DNA of 64,000 nt from Vezdaea acicularis (lineage: Eukaryota), in contig JAPEUI010000023.1 of NCBI GenBank assembly GCA_026025075.1, positions 62,001-126,000 of the forward strand, in the 5' to 3' direction. Numbering within the stretch: position 1 is the stretch's first letter; each line of letters begins with the position of its first letter. The translations under genes were made by a program, and so were the position numbers. A model generated the notes under the pieces. It did not search any database. It worked only from the letters and a program-made list of their open reading frames with translations, and was not told where the DNA came from. Below, in pieces: positions 49,910 through 62,632 of this stretch.

Positions 49910-51955
49910 ATGGCTCCAGCCATCGGAATCGATCTTGGTACGTACACCTCGCTCTCTAGGAACAGCATGAATTAGTGCTAACAGATTCCAGGCACGACAT
50001 ACTCTTGCGTGGGCGTTTACAGAGATGACAGAATCGAAATTATCGCCAACGACCAGGGCAACCGGACGACGCCGTCGTTCGTTGCCTTTACTGACACCGA
50101 ACGTTTGATCGGTGACTCAGCCAAGAATCAAGTCGCCATGAACCCCACAAACACCGTATTCGACGCCAAGCGACTCATTGGACGTAAATTCGCCGATCAA
50201 GAAGTGCAAGCCGACATGAAGCACTTTCCGTTCAAAGTCGTCGACAAGGGCGGCAAGCCAGTCATCGAAGTTGAGTTCAAAGGCGAGACAAAGTCATTCA
50301 CACCAGAAGAAATCTCCTCCATGGTCTTGACTAAGATGCGAGAAACCGCCGAGTCTTACCTGGGTGGCACTGTCAACAATGCCGTTGTCACCGTACCAGC
50401 ATACTTCAACGATTCTCAACGCCAAGCTACTAAAGATGCCGGTCTGATTGCCGGTCTCAATGTACTCCGAATCATTAACGAACCTACCGCTGCTGCTATC
50501 GCGTACGGTCTTGACAAGAAGCAGGAGGGTGAGCGAAATGTGCTTATATTCGACTTGGGTGGCGGCACTTTCGATGTCTCCCTCTTGACCATCGAGGAGG
50601 GTATCTTTGAAGTCAAGTCTACTGCCGGTGATACCCACTTGGGTGGTGAAGATTTCGACAACCGTCTCGTCAACCATTTCGTCAACGAATTCAAGAGGAA
50701 ACACAAGAAGGATCTCGCCACCAACAACCGCGCCCTCCGACGTCTCCGAACTGCTTGCGAGCGAGCCAAGCGCACTCTATCATCCTCCGCTCAAACTTCA
50801 ATTGAGATCGACTCGCTCTACGAGGGTATTGATTTCTATACCTCAATCACTCGTGCTCGATTCGAGGAGCTCTGCCAGGATCTCTTCCGTTCCACCATGG
50901 ACCCGGTCGAGCGTGTTCTCCGCGATGCTAAGATTGACAAGTCCTCTGTCCACGAAATCGTCTTGGTCGGTGGTTCTACCCGTATCCCTAAGATTCAGAA
51001 GCTCGTCTCGGACTTCTTCAACGGCAAGGAGCCCAACAAGTCCATCAACCCTGATGAGGCTGTTGCCTATGGTGCCGCCGTTCAAGCTGCTATCCTTTCT
51101 GGAGATACTTCCTCGAAGTCTACGAATGAGATCCTACTCCTCGATGTTGCGCCATTGTCAGTCGGTATCGAGACCGCTGGCGGTGTCATGACTGCTCTCA
51201 TCAAGCGTAATACGACTATCCCAACAAAGAAATCTGAGGTGTTCTCGACTTTCTCCGATAATCAGCCAGGCGTACTCATCCAAGTATTCGAGGGTGAGCG
51301 TGCTCGTACTAAGGACAACAACCTGCTAGGCAAGTTTGAGCTTACTGGCATCCCACCTGCGCCTCGTGGTGTTCCTCAAATTGAGGTCACTTTCGATGTT
51401 GACGCAAACGGTATCATGAACGTCTCCGCTCTTGAGAAGGGCACTGGTAAGACCAACAAGATTGTCATCACCAATGACAAGGGCCGTCTATCTAAGGAAG
51501 AGATTGAGCGTATGTTGGCAGAGGCTGAGAAGTACAAGGCTGAAGATGAGGCCGAGTCTGCTCGTATCGGCGCTAAGAACGGTCTTGAATCATACGCCTA
51601 CTCCCTCAAGAATACCCTCTCAGACTCTAAAGTTGATGAGAAGCTTGATGCCAGTGACAAGGAGAAACTCAAGGCTGAGATCGACAAGACCGTTACCTGG
51701 CTGGACGACAACCAACAAGCCACCAAGGACGAATATGAATCGCAACAGAAGGAGCTCGAGTCCGTTGCCAACCCTATCATGATGAAGTTCTATGGTGCTG
51801 GCGGCGATGGCGGCATGCCAGGCGGTATGGGTGGAATGCCTGGTATGGGTGGTATGGGTGGTGGTATGCCCGGTGGCGCTCCAGGCGGCTTCCCAGGTGC
51901 TGGTGCAGGCGGTGCCGGTCATGACGATGGCCCGACTGTCGAGGAGGTTGACTAA
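49910..51955 (+). CDS. HSP70: Cytosolic Hsp70 (Ssa type). Intron 49938-49991
   Basis: [46 protein letters not shown] repeats and C-terminal GPTVEEVD. Confidence 0.99.
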
Positions 51956-53169
51956 ATGTCTTCCCCTTCTCGAGGCTCGAGTTACCTGCATAATCGCCAC
52001 CCACCATTCAACCTCACCTCCTCATTTGTTACTGCAACTACATGCCGGCTTGCCTTATAGAGAAAATGGGAGCGTTTGCGGGATTCATCACTCATACATC
52101 TCATCAAACAGGATCGTTGATGTGGGCTTTTTCCTTTGCTGTGCCTTGCTGCTTTACGATGGAATGATCAATCATGCACACACTTCACATGCAAACTGCT
52201 GGAAAAGCTTTATGGTGTTGAGGAGGGTATTGGGGCGGGGAAATGCACAATGATATGCGTTACTTGATTGATTTATGCTACAACCGGCCGTGTCATTTAC
52301 ATAGGCTTAGGCAGATCGTCTTAGAGGCGGCTTAATAGATCAATTCATGCAATCTTTCTCTGAATAAACTTGCTCGCAATGTGAATTCGAATCTTGCCAC
52401 GGTGCAACCAGAAACTTACCTCCAATTTCATACTCTCCGTGCCATTATAGGACACGTGCTTCGCGAAACATTTACAATACACGGGCGTTGCACGACGCCC
52501 AAGGTCCTACCTAAGGCACGCACGAAACACGTGTCGACAAGTAGGGAAGAGCTAGAAGGTGACGTTGGTATATCTTCCCTCTGTTCTCGGCACGGGATAT
52601 CGCGGTTTGTTGCGCGATGATTTGTCTTAGCGTTGACGTTTTAACGAGGAGTGGGAACCTCCTTTGCCCGAATGCTCATGTGAACTTGCCCTTAAAGTTC
52701 TGTACCACTTGGAAAAATAATTGTGGGGGTGAGGATTTGCGACGAAGGTGCTCTATTAATGTCCTAAATTAAGGAAAGTTGAGAGTAATTGACAAGACAA
52801 TATTGTCTCTTGTTGTTGGGGGATTGAGGTGGTCCTCGTGCATTTAGTCGGTGTTGAGGTGAACCAGGCGCTCAGCTGCTGGCGAGGCGGGTCCCAGGTG
52901 TGGAAGTGAAGGGATACACATGCCAGCAAGGCCACAACCCGTTGTGAAAGGAGGAAGTCAATCACGTGGATCCATAAATAAGCAAGTACCATGAAGGCTC
53001 CAGCCATCCATGCATTCGATCTATGGCACTCTACATCTATATACATCAAACATATTACCACGTGGCCAGCCCAGATGTACCAGATAGCCCCCTATTAACC
53101 CTCATCTACTCTTAACCCCCCAAACCCAAAACGCCATATGTGTCCCCCCCGCATGCAAATTTTGCCATT

Positions 53170-54820
53170 TTATGCCGGTATGCCGGAGGCCGCAACGATA
53201 TCCCTCGGCCGCCAGGTCTCCTCCTGCCTCGTCCCAGGCGGCAACCACGGACTCATGCTATTCCCCCGCGGTCTCCCCTGTGGGGGACCATCAGACTTCT
53301 TCTCGTCGCCGAGGGGCAGATAGCCGTTCGCGTTGCCGTAGAAAGTGCTGCTTGAGGCGCTGTGCGGGCTTTCGAACAGAGCACCCATCCCACTGCCGTT
53401 CTTCGCGTTCATGCTCAGTGGGAGCAGGGGAGTTTCAGCCCGCCCTTCTTTCGCGCGGGCGAGCATGTCGGCCCGTGCGGCGTCGCTCGTGCGGTCGTAT
53501 AGGTAGAGTCCGAAGAAGGTGAGCCCGATGCCGGCGGCTTGGACGGAGGTGGTGCGTTGGCCGAACCAGACGATGGCGACGACGATGACGAAGATGCGTT
53601 TGATGAGGGAGGCGACGGAGTAGGTGACGGGCGAGACCATCGAGAGGAGTACAAAGGCAATGATGTTCTGGCCGAAGTGGAAGGTGCCGTTAAAGAGAAA
53701 CTCGAGGGCGAGGCGGGGCGCGCTGAGACGGTCTTTCGTAGGGGACAGCTCGAGCGCGAAGTCGTGCGTGAAGTCGGCCAGTAGCGTGAAGCCTTCGGAC
53801 CATAGCCAGATAGGACAAGTGAGCAGGAAAGCCAGACCTGAGGAGTAGCAGAGCAGGTTTAGCTTGTCGAGCTTGCGGCCGCTGATTCCGTCGGTATGGG
53901 ACGCGGCGTTGAAGAGCTTTTTGGTGGAAATGTTCTGCATGACGAAGATCAGGGCGCCACCAAAAGCGCAGAGGATGCCCCAGAAGTTGCCGGAGAACTC
54001 AGCGGAGCAGGCGAGCATGACGCCGAGGGTGAGCGGGATGAGGGAAAGGTAGGTTGTGCTAGCGTAGTGTATCTGGAAGAAGAAGCGGTAGACGAGGACG
54101 GTAAAGAGGGGGGAGAGGCCTTTGATGGTGTGTACGAGGGAAACAGGTATTTGGGACGTAGCGGTGGAGGAGAGGACGTGGCCGCCGAGTTGGAAGACGG
54201 CGAGAGGGACAGTGGTGCGGAGAACGTCGCGGCTGGGAGGGCGGATGCCATGTTGGAGTGCGGGGATGGCGCGGCGCAGGGCGGGAATGTTTTGGGCGAG
54301 CGTGGAGGAGATGATGCAGAAGGTAGAGGTTAAGAAGAATTGGATTAGAGTGAGGGTGACAGGTTTGCGGAAGGCGTTCAAGATTGATTTTGAGGATGTA
54401 TTTGTTAGGGCGGAGGTTGTATACCAGATTATGCAAAGTATCTAGGATATATTTGTAAGACAATGTCCGATAATATGCCATATCATAGGTCTGTGGCAAC
54501 TTTTGACGTTGTCTGGTACTCACAATTAATAACGGTGAAAGAGGTGGCTTAATGGCCTCTGCGATTTCCCGCGCATTTGCGCTGACGCTGCCCCGTCTTG
54601 TACGAATCGCCCTGAACGCATCGCTGAGACTTTTTTGCCTCCCATGATGACCTCTGCCGAGGGGATTCGTATTGCCGTTACCCCAAGCGATGCCATTCTC
54701 CTTTCTTGGTTGCCATCGATCACTGTGTAATGCTGACCCGTTGGTTGCTCCAGGGGATCTTGAAGTCGTTCTGCGAAGTTGCTCATCGGCGAACGCTGGA
54801 AACTGGTCCTGCTGCGTCAT
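53170..54820 (-). CDS. Triose-phosphate/nucleotide-sugar transporter family protein, Sly41-like. Intron about 54443-54523
   Basis: RQKSLSDAFRAIR N-terminal motif, IPVSLVHTIKGLSPLFTV, NIIAFVLLSMVSPVTYSVASLIKRIFVI and multiple TM segments. Confidence 0.88.
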
Positions 54821-55126
54821 ATCTGGACCGATGCAAGAATGTTGAAGACGTCGCCAGCTGACGCTGGTGTCTCTCAAATAGTATCTTCGTTGGCGGCATT
54901 GAAAAGTTTCCTTTCCATGGTTCCCTTGGTCAGGACTTTTTAAGGTGCTTGGACAGATGTCTCACTATAGGAGACAAGCGACGGATGCCAAGGCTTTTTC
55001 CATGCAGTGCCAATTAGCGAAGTTGTCTCCATCTCGTGCTTCGATTAACGAGAAGTTTCATCCTTCTATCATCACGATCAGAAATTTGGTGCCATTTGCG
55101 CGACCAGCCACGGGAGATCGCTCAAG

Positions 55127-56985
55127 ATGGCGTCGGCTATCAACGGCATCGATGGAGTGGGCGCCAAGAAGCCAAAGCTGACGAAGAATCAGATGAGGAG
55201 GGCGAAGAAGAAGGAGAAGAAGGTAGAAGGTCGTGATACGAGGGAGACGAGCATGGTCACGGACTCAGAAGCCGAATCAAAACCAGAGCCTGAGATAGAG
55301 GTCAGAGCATGTTCAGCTGCGACTCTTTTACTTCGAATGCTGATTTGATTCAGGTACCATCAAAGCAGCCAGTAATCTCAAGCCTTCAGGTGGATGAGAT
55401 TCCTGATTTTGATGAAGACGATCCTATGTATGCAGAATTCAAGGGTGTCTTCGAGAGGTTTGAAGCCACGAAAGAGGTATGCTTTCTTTCCTCCGAGTGG
55501 AACTCTATTTGATATCCTGTCGCTCACTGCCCTGGAATACAGGGTGACGACGCCGTAAAGGAGTCCAAGGGTGAGGTATTCTACGACGATGACGCAGATA
55601 TACCGGACGAAGATGAAGATGCAGAGAAAGGAGAGCAGAAGATGTCTAAAAAGGCTCGTAAGGCCCAAAACAAGCTATCTGTCGCCGAACTAAAGGCCTT
55701 GGTGCACAAGCCCGAGACTGTTGACTGGACAGATACCTCTGCCTCAGATCCTCGACTGCTCGTTCATATCAAATCTTATCGGAACGTCGTCCCAGTACCA
55801 GCTCATTGGTCTCTTAAGCGGGAATACCTCTCATCAAAACGTGGCGTGGAAAAGCCTCCCTTTGCCCTGCCTAAGTTCATACAGGAAACTGGAATTGCAG
55901 AAATGCGAGACGCAGTCTTGGAAAAACAGGATCAAGCTAGTTTGAAGCAAAAACAGCGTGAGAGAGTACAGCCAAAGATGGGCAAGTTGGATATCGATTA
56001 TCAGAAGCTGTATGAAGCATTCTTTCGGTTTCAGACGAAGCCGGAACTAACTCGTTTCGGTGAGGTTTATTACGAAGGCAAAGAATATGAGACCAATCTC
56101 CGACATCTACGTCCTGGCGAGCTGAGCGAAGAACTAAAGGAAGCGCTTAATATCCCCCCAGGTGCACCACCACCTTGGCTGATCAATCAACAGCGTTTTG
56201 GACCACCTCCATCATACCCTTCGTTGAAGATACCGGGTCTCAACGCACCGCCTCCACCTGGTGCTCAATGGGGCTTTCATCCGGGTGGATATGGTAAGCC
56301 TCCTCTCGATGAATTTAATAAGCCGCTTTATGGCGGCGATATTTTTGGGATCATGCAGCCACAGGTCAATAACCAAACGGGTGAACCGGTTGAAAAAACT
56401 TTATGGGGTGAACTACAAGAGCCAGAAGAAGAATCAGAAGAGGAAGAAAGTGAAGACGAGGAAGAAGTTGACGAGGAGGATGTCGGAGCCGGCTTGCAGA
56501 CACCAAGTGGTCTTGAGACGCCAAGCGGGTTGACCTCGACCATGCCGTCAGAGTATGGTGGTGAAGTAAGCGTAGGCGGTGATTTTGACCTCCGCAAGCA
56601 ACGGCGTGGTACAGATACGGAAGAGTCGACCCAGCCCAGATCACTTTATACTGTTCTACCAGAGCAGCAGATCAAAGCGCAGGGCTTTTTTGGTGGTGAA
56701 CACGCTTACGATCTCAAAGGCGGCCAGAACCCAAACCTTCCTGTTCTTGATCGTGATGAGCCAAATCGTAAGCGGAAGAGACCGGGAGATGTGGATGTAG
56801 CCTTAGACCCCGATGCACTACACTTAGAGGACGGGATCAGTAAGGACGAAATTAGGAGACGATTTGAGGCCCAGAAGAATGAAGAGAAAGGAGAGTGGGG
56901 CTTTCAGGAAGATCTGAGCGATATGATCGCTAGCGAGAGTCAGAAAAGACTAAAGAGAGACGAAGGTCGACGGGCAAGAAGGTAG
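55127..56985 (+). CDS. CUS1: U2 snRNP splicing factor SF3B2/Sap145 (Cus1). Two N-terminal introns
   Basis: LSVAELKALV, RNVVPVPAHWSLKREYLSSKRG, PKMGKLDIDYQKLYEAFF and the PSP domain PPPWLINQQRFGPPPSYP. Confidence 0.95.
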
Positions 56986-57698
56986 ATATAAGAGCATGGA
57001 GTTGGCATCGTTTTAGGAATCAAGGCATTTACAAGGTGTTCAGGTGCATCGAGCGCCATTGTAAAGATACTAAGAATTATACTAAGATTTTACGGGGGGA
57101 TCTTTAGGCTGAGACCGCCGCCAGATCTTACAAGAAGCCGTGAAAACCTTGACGGATGACAGTGCGTCCTTCGCTGAGTGCAATGAAGATTGAACGACGC
57201 CAGAGTGGATGAAGGGCTACCCTTAAGCCCCCCACGCCTCTACTCCTTGAAGCTGGTCCTCAGTGAAGAACTATGAAAGACTAGAAGCAGCTGATAACCG
57301 TATTCGGAGCTTGGTTACCATATTAAAGAGACTTGGGCTACATTAGAATATGGCCATATCATGATAATGGTGTACGGTACACGTCTGAAGATCCTGCTTT
57401 GCTACGCCGATCGAGACGGAGACCCTCTGGGTATTGAAAGTTCATCACGTGATTTTACCATTTAATTTGATGGCTACCCGAAGTCGCGTCGACTTCGCCC
57501 TTGGCCGATGCCAAATTTTCTTCTGACTACCTTCACTCAACTGAAAGCGAACGACCTGGATTGTGCTTAGTATTAGCGATACTTAAGGCGTCGTGAGGTG
57601 CTATCTCGTTTGGAAGACTGCGCTCGTATCGGACTTAAAGTGTACAGTATTTGCCTCAAGCACGGAGTCTATCAACTTTACGGCTCCCTACCCTAACG

Positions 57699-59585
57699 AT
57701 GGAGCGAGATCGAAGGTCTGTAACGTCCACCTAAGTTCTCGTGTCGATATTGGCTTCTAGTCATCTGCCCCGTAGCCTGTGAAGCTGACATCCTCCCTTT
57801 TCTCATAGATTTGACGACCGTGATCGTGATCGCCATCCAAGCGGTGGGCAGTCGTATAAACCCTCGAGTGGACCTCGCTCCCCCGTTCGTGGAGGCGAGA
57901 CATTTCGACCTGGTCGCTCTCCTCAACGAGGTCCTCCTAATGACAACTATTCTCGCCCAGGTAATTCTCGCATGGATCAAAGGCCGCGGAGTCGATCTCC
58001 AGGACGCTTTCGTCGGCGTTCTCGAAGTCCAGGGTATCGAGGTCGTGAGAGGTCGCCTGGTCCCACAAGCAATAATTGGAGAGCAGGAGAAAGGCCTGGA
58101 GGGAGAGCTGGCAGATGGTCACCAAAGAGGGACTTCAATCGAAGAGATGATCGTCCGAGATCTCCATATCGAGGGAGGTATCGCTCTAGGTCTCCTTACA
58201 GTGGGCCCCGAAACTTTCCACCGAGGGGAGATAGACCTCGCTCGCCCTTACCATTAAAGCGCGGCCGGGAGCCTTCGCCTGCAGATGATCGAGCCATGCG
58301 ATCTCCACCGCCAGCCAAGAGAGAAAGGGTTAGATCCCCAATTCGTGACGATCGAAGAAGATCACCGCCAGCAGGCCCACGTGGGAGTTATCGGCCTCGA
58401 TCTCGCTCTCCGCCTCGGCGAGATGATAGGTTTGTAGCTCAGGATCCACGTGGTTGGGGGGGGCGTTCACCGTCACCGCCACCTCGTGGTACTCACGCAG
58501 ACGATAGATTAGAGCCTATATCTGGTCAAGTGTCTGCCGCGACATCTAGGCGCTCATCACCTCCACCAGTTCATTCAAGCCGGTTAGCACAGCAGGAAAA
58601 TGAGGTTGCCCCACTTGACCGAGCGCCTCAGACATGGGGGGCACGTCGACCCCGATCTCCTCTACCACCACAAGCGTCTACTCGTTCACCTTATCGAGCA
58701 CACTCACCTCCTCCAGAGAAGAGGGGATTTATTGACCGAGAACCTTCACCAGGACGCCGTGGTTACTCACCTCGTGCAAGATCACCACCTCGTGGGCCTT
58801 CTAACAACAGGTCTCCTATCCCCCGGCGTGACGAAGAATACAACCGCAATGGCTCTTATGATGATAGAGACTCAGGTGCTGCACAGTGGGGAGGGTCGGG
58901 GCGTGGCTCACACAATGGATATGGACGTGGTGGCCCTCCTAACGGTCCCTCTCGTCACTACTCTGGTTCTGCTGGAATGTCACCGCCCGCCGGCCCTGCC
59001 TCTGCGCCTGTCTCAATGTCCGCTCACAATCGCCAAGGAAATGTATCAGTGCTCTCCGCACCACGCCAGCCGAGGGGCGATCCAGGACGTGGTTCTGTTG
59101 GCCGAGAAAGTTCATACCCTGGTCCCCCTTCAGGCGGCTATCGTCGTGGTCCACCTCCAATCCATACTCGGGGGCCTCATCATGGTGGCTCTGCGGGGTC
59201 GACTCCGACCTCTGCCACGTCTGGAGGTCCTCCTACAGGTCCACGTGGTGGCTTTGCACCTCCGTTTCGCTCCAATAACTCAACATCGACAACATATCCA
59301 CGTACGCAACGTTTCAATAATCACACCGCGGGAATGCCGCAAATCGTGGCGGGTGGGAAATTACTGCCTGCATACGAGATATCTGACAAGCTAGCAAAGC
59401 TCGAGGCTGACAAGAAAAGGCTCGAAGAGGCATTGGCAGAGAAAGAAGCGAAGAAAAGGGCAGCAATCCGTGAGTGGGACCGTCTTGAGCGCGAGAGTGC
59501 AAGGGAGGGTTATAAGACCGAATTGGCTGACAAACATGTTAAAGCACTCGCTGGTGAAGGAGGAATGGATGGCGATGCGTTTTAA
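57699..59585 (+). CDS. Arg/Ser/Pro-rich low-complexity protein with a C-terminal coiled coil (SRRM-like hypothetical). Intron 57716-57808
   Basis: Many RSRSP repeats, PxGPR motifs, FRSNNSTSTTYPRTQRF and a coiled coil ending in GDAF. The intron (GTCTGT..GCTGAC..TAG) joins MERDR in frame. Confidence 0.8.
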
Positions 59586-60135
59586 ACGCGGAAGTGGATG
59601 TCGCAGATCGACCTGAGGGAAGTTGCTAACATTACATGGGTGAGATAGCTCTGGAGTTGTTAAAGCTCTGTCGTAAGTTCTGGAATACCACAGCTTGTAA
59701 TGCAGTGGTGGGATCATAATTGTTTGCGGGATGATGGAGAGATTGAACTCTAGACGTATACGCTGCACTTGAAAGGGCAATTCGGGATGGAGCTCCTCGT
59801 TTTCCTTCCCTTACTTGTCATCATGTAATCTTGACTTCTCGGTATTTTAAAGTCTAGCAGCTCTATTTGCCACCGGGGCACATTAAACAAATATCAAAAG
59901 CCTTGATGTAGCTTGCATTTACCTGTTATGATTATTCATACGGCCTTTCTAAAGGAGGGTTTGCAGAATATAATCCTACAAGTTTTACCTCAAAGCTTTG
60001 AAACCGTGGCAGATGCCTCGGCAATTACCATCTTCGCCAACCTCCTCGATAAACCACATCGTCACCACCTCTGTTTTCATCCTCAACTACCTTCTGTCTT
60101 TTCCACCGGTCGATGATTTCATTTACCTATCGACT

Positions 60136-61405
60136 ATGGAGACACTCAAGCGCGCAACTGCGCATATACAAAGCCTTCCTGCCGCATTCTCAGCCCCTCC
60201 GAGGCTACTCCATCAGTACCGCGACTTCGTGAAGACAAACGCGCATTCCGTGTCACAGTTCGAGTCTGCCCTTCGATCTCTGACCTATGTTGTCCCTGGT
60301 AAGCCTTCTCTTATCCTCTCACCTTCTTTAGTAAGCCATCTCTAAGACCTTTTCAATTCTAGGTCGCTTCGGCGATTCCGAAATTGCCTCTGAATCGATG
60401 TATACTCTAATACACCTAATATCGCTGTACCACGACACGCTCCTTACTCGCTCCCTACGTACTTCACTTCCCAAAGTCAAACTCTCTGCCAACACTATAC
60501 CTTCGCCCAGCACTGCCCGCCAACCCCCTCATACCCGTTATACACTCCATCACGCGCATCACACCCCACTCTACACGCGCCTCGCTCGCTCGCTCCAAGT
60601 CCTGCAATACACGGAACTCCTCCTCGAGATGCTGGCAAAGCGCCGAGGTGGGAATAGAACGCGTTGGCGCGCTGTCGTTCTAATCGAAGCTGTTAAAGCC
60701 TTTATCCGACTGTGGATTCTGCAGGCGACCGCGCGGCGACCTCTTACCACCCCCTTACTTCCTGGACGAGACGAGCCCGGGCCTCTACCGGAAAGCGAAG
60801 AGGAGAAGTTGGAACGGCTGGAGCGTGAGGCAGAAGGGTTGAGGTTGGATGAGGGGGGTACCAATAGCTCGTGGAAGATGCCGAGGACGAAGCTGGTGCT
60901 CCCGCCGTTACCGGGAAGTGGGAAGAACGATATCACGTCCTATCTACTCTCGGCAGTACTGACGCCTGAGGATCTTAAGCCTGCGCTCACACTACTGCCA
61001 CCGTTGGGGACGAGCACTGCAGTCGCGGCAGAGTTGCTCTATATTCTGCGCCCGTTGGTGTATGCAGCGGCGATGTACAGGTATCGAGATAGGAGGGCGG
61101 ATTGGAGACCTTGGCTGCTAGGGCTTAGTATGGAGGTTGCAAGCTGGCATCTTGGGAAGGCGGAGAGAGATAGAGTGGGTGCTAGAGGGTATGGATCACT
61201 TGACAGGGCTGAAGGTGGCCGGCGAGGGTGGGAGATGGGTTGGTGGGCACTTAGAGGGGCTGGGTATGAGACTTTTACGAGGCCATGGCTTAAGAGTATT
61301 GAAGGGAAAATGAGGGGTAAGTTAGGTCTGGATCTACTGTCCGGAATTGTGTCTGAGTATGATTATCTGTGGGGAGAGTATTACTTCTCTACTTCGTCGA
61401 TGTAA
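60136..61405 (+). CDS. PEX16: Peroxisomal membrane biogenesis peroxin. Intron 60299-60362
   Basis: YRDFVKTNAHSVSQFESALRSLTYVVPG|RFGDSEIASES, ELLLEMLAKRRGG..RW, AELLYILRPLVYA, WALRGAGYE and YYFSTS. Confidence 0.93.
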
Positions 61406-61952
61406 TTGGGTTGAGCTTAGGGCAATTTGGCTGGGTTGATTCTAGGGTCTAGGTGTCTTGAGAGTATCTAGGCAGGCCGGTGTTTTCTTGGGTTCTCATT
61501 TTGCATTGCGCTTAAGGATTCTTTCGTATTGGCTCCCCATTTCTACAAGGACATAAGGATGAATGGTTCATTCCAGATAGCCCGCCTAAAAATGCTGTTA
61601 GAGATTACATCACGCTTATACAATTGCCCTTTTGCGTGTATCGTACATTTGAAATGCCATACTCCTAATTTGAGTCTGCCCATAGACCATCATCGAGGGC
61701 GTTCTCGTCTACAAGGCAAGAGCAACATCGGCACGGAAGCCACCAGGGGCGTTGCATAATAGAATTTGGTACAACTTTTTCATTGATTTACAGAATCTGC
61801 GTTGTACAAGGAAGGGACTCTCTGCGCAAGACAACGACCTTACCCACACGTCGATTCTCTCCTATATATGCGTTAAGCCTACGCCTGTCCTTCCATGCTA
61901 CTCCCACGTCCGCAATCAAGGTTGCAATACCAGAATCACATTCATCCAGCCC

Positions 61953-62632
61953 TTACATGACAGCGAAAGCCAACGCTATAGCCGCCCCTCCAATTGCCAT
62001 ATGTGGATTCGCCGTGATTTGAGCCATCGCTGCATTTCCAGAGGTCGAAGTAGAAGCAGTCTGCGTGCTCGATCCCTTGCCCGAAGCGGCCGTTCCAGTG
62101 GTAGTAGTTCCCATCTTGGTAGAAGTGGAGCTCGAGTCTGTTGTGGTGGTGGTGGCCGCCGCAGAGTGTGTCTGACTGGCCGCAGCGCCATCGGTAACGA
62201 TAATGGGGCTGAGGGAGACGTCTGTTGCACCGTAGGTTGCTACAGTTGCACCAGAGAAGTTGGCGCCGGGACCTCCGAAGGACTCGGAGCAGACGGCTGT
62301 GGTGGTACCGCCAATAGAGCAATCGATGGTGCCTGAGAAATCTGGGATGCTAATCGCGTAGTGAATTGTAGAAGGATTTGCAGTGACCGTGACGGCGTAA
62401 GGGTAGCCGCATTGGTCTCTGGAAACGCTGGGAGCACATGAAATGGCATATGCGGTTTCTTTTGGACCCTAATGGCGCTCTAGTCAGTAAAGATGAAGGC
62501 TTCAGAAAGCGGCCATGGACGCACGGAGCTAATTATGGAAGCAACCAAATTCTGGGGATCGGTGTCCGGCAAGAAGAGTGACACGGTACTTTGCGCCAAG
62601 CTAAGGCCAATTAAAACGGTGATTGCGAACAT
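61953..62632 (-). CDS. Small secreted Ser/Thr-rich GPI-anchored cell-surface protein. Intron 62469-62524
   Basis: Signal peptide MFAITVLIGLSLAQ, a 4-Cys domain (YAISC..DQCG..IDCSIGGTTTAVC), an S/T stalk, an omega-like SGNAA and a hydrophobic tail GGAAIALAFAVM*. Confidence 0.85.
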
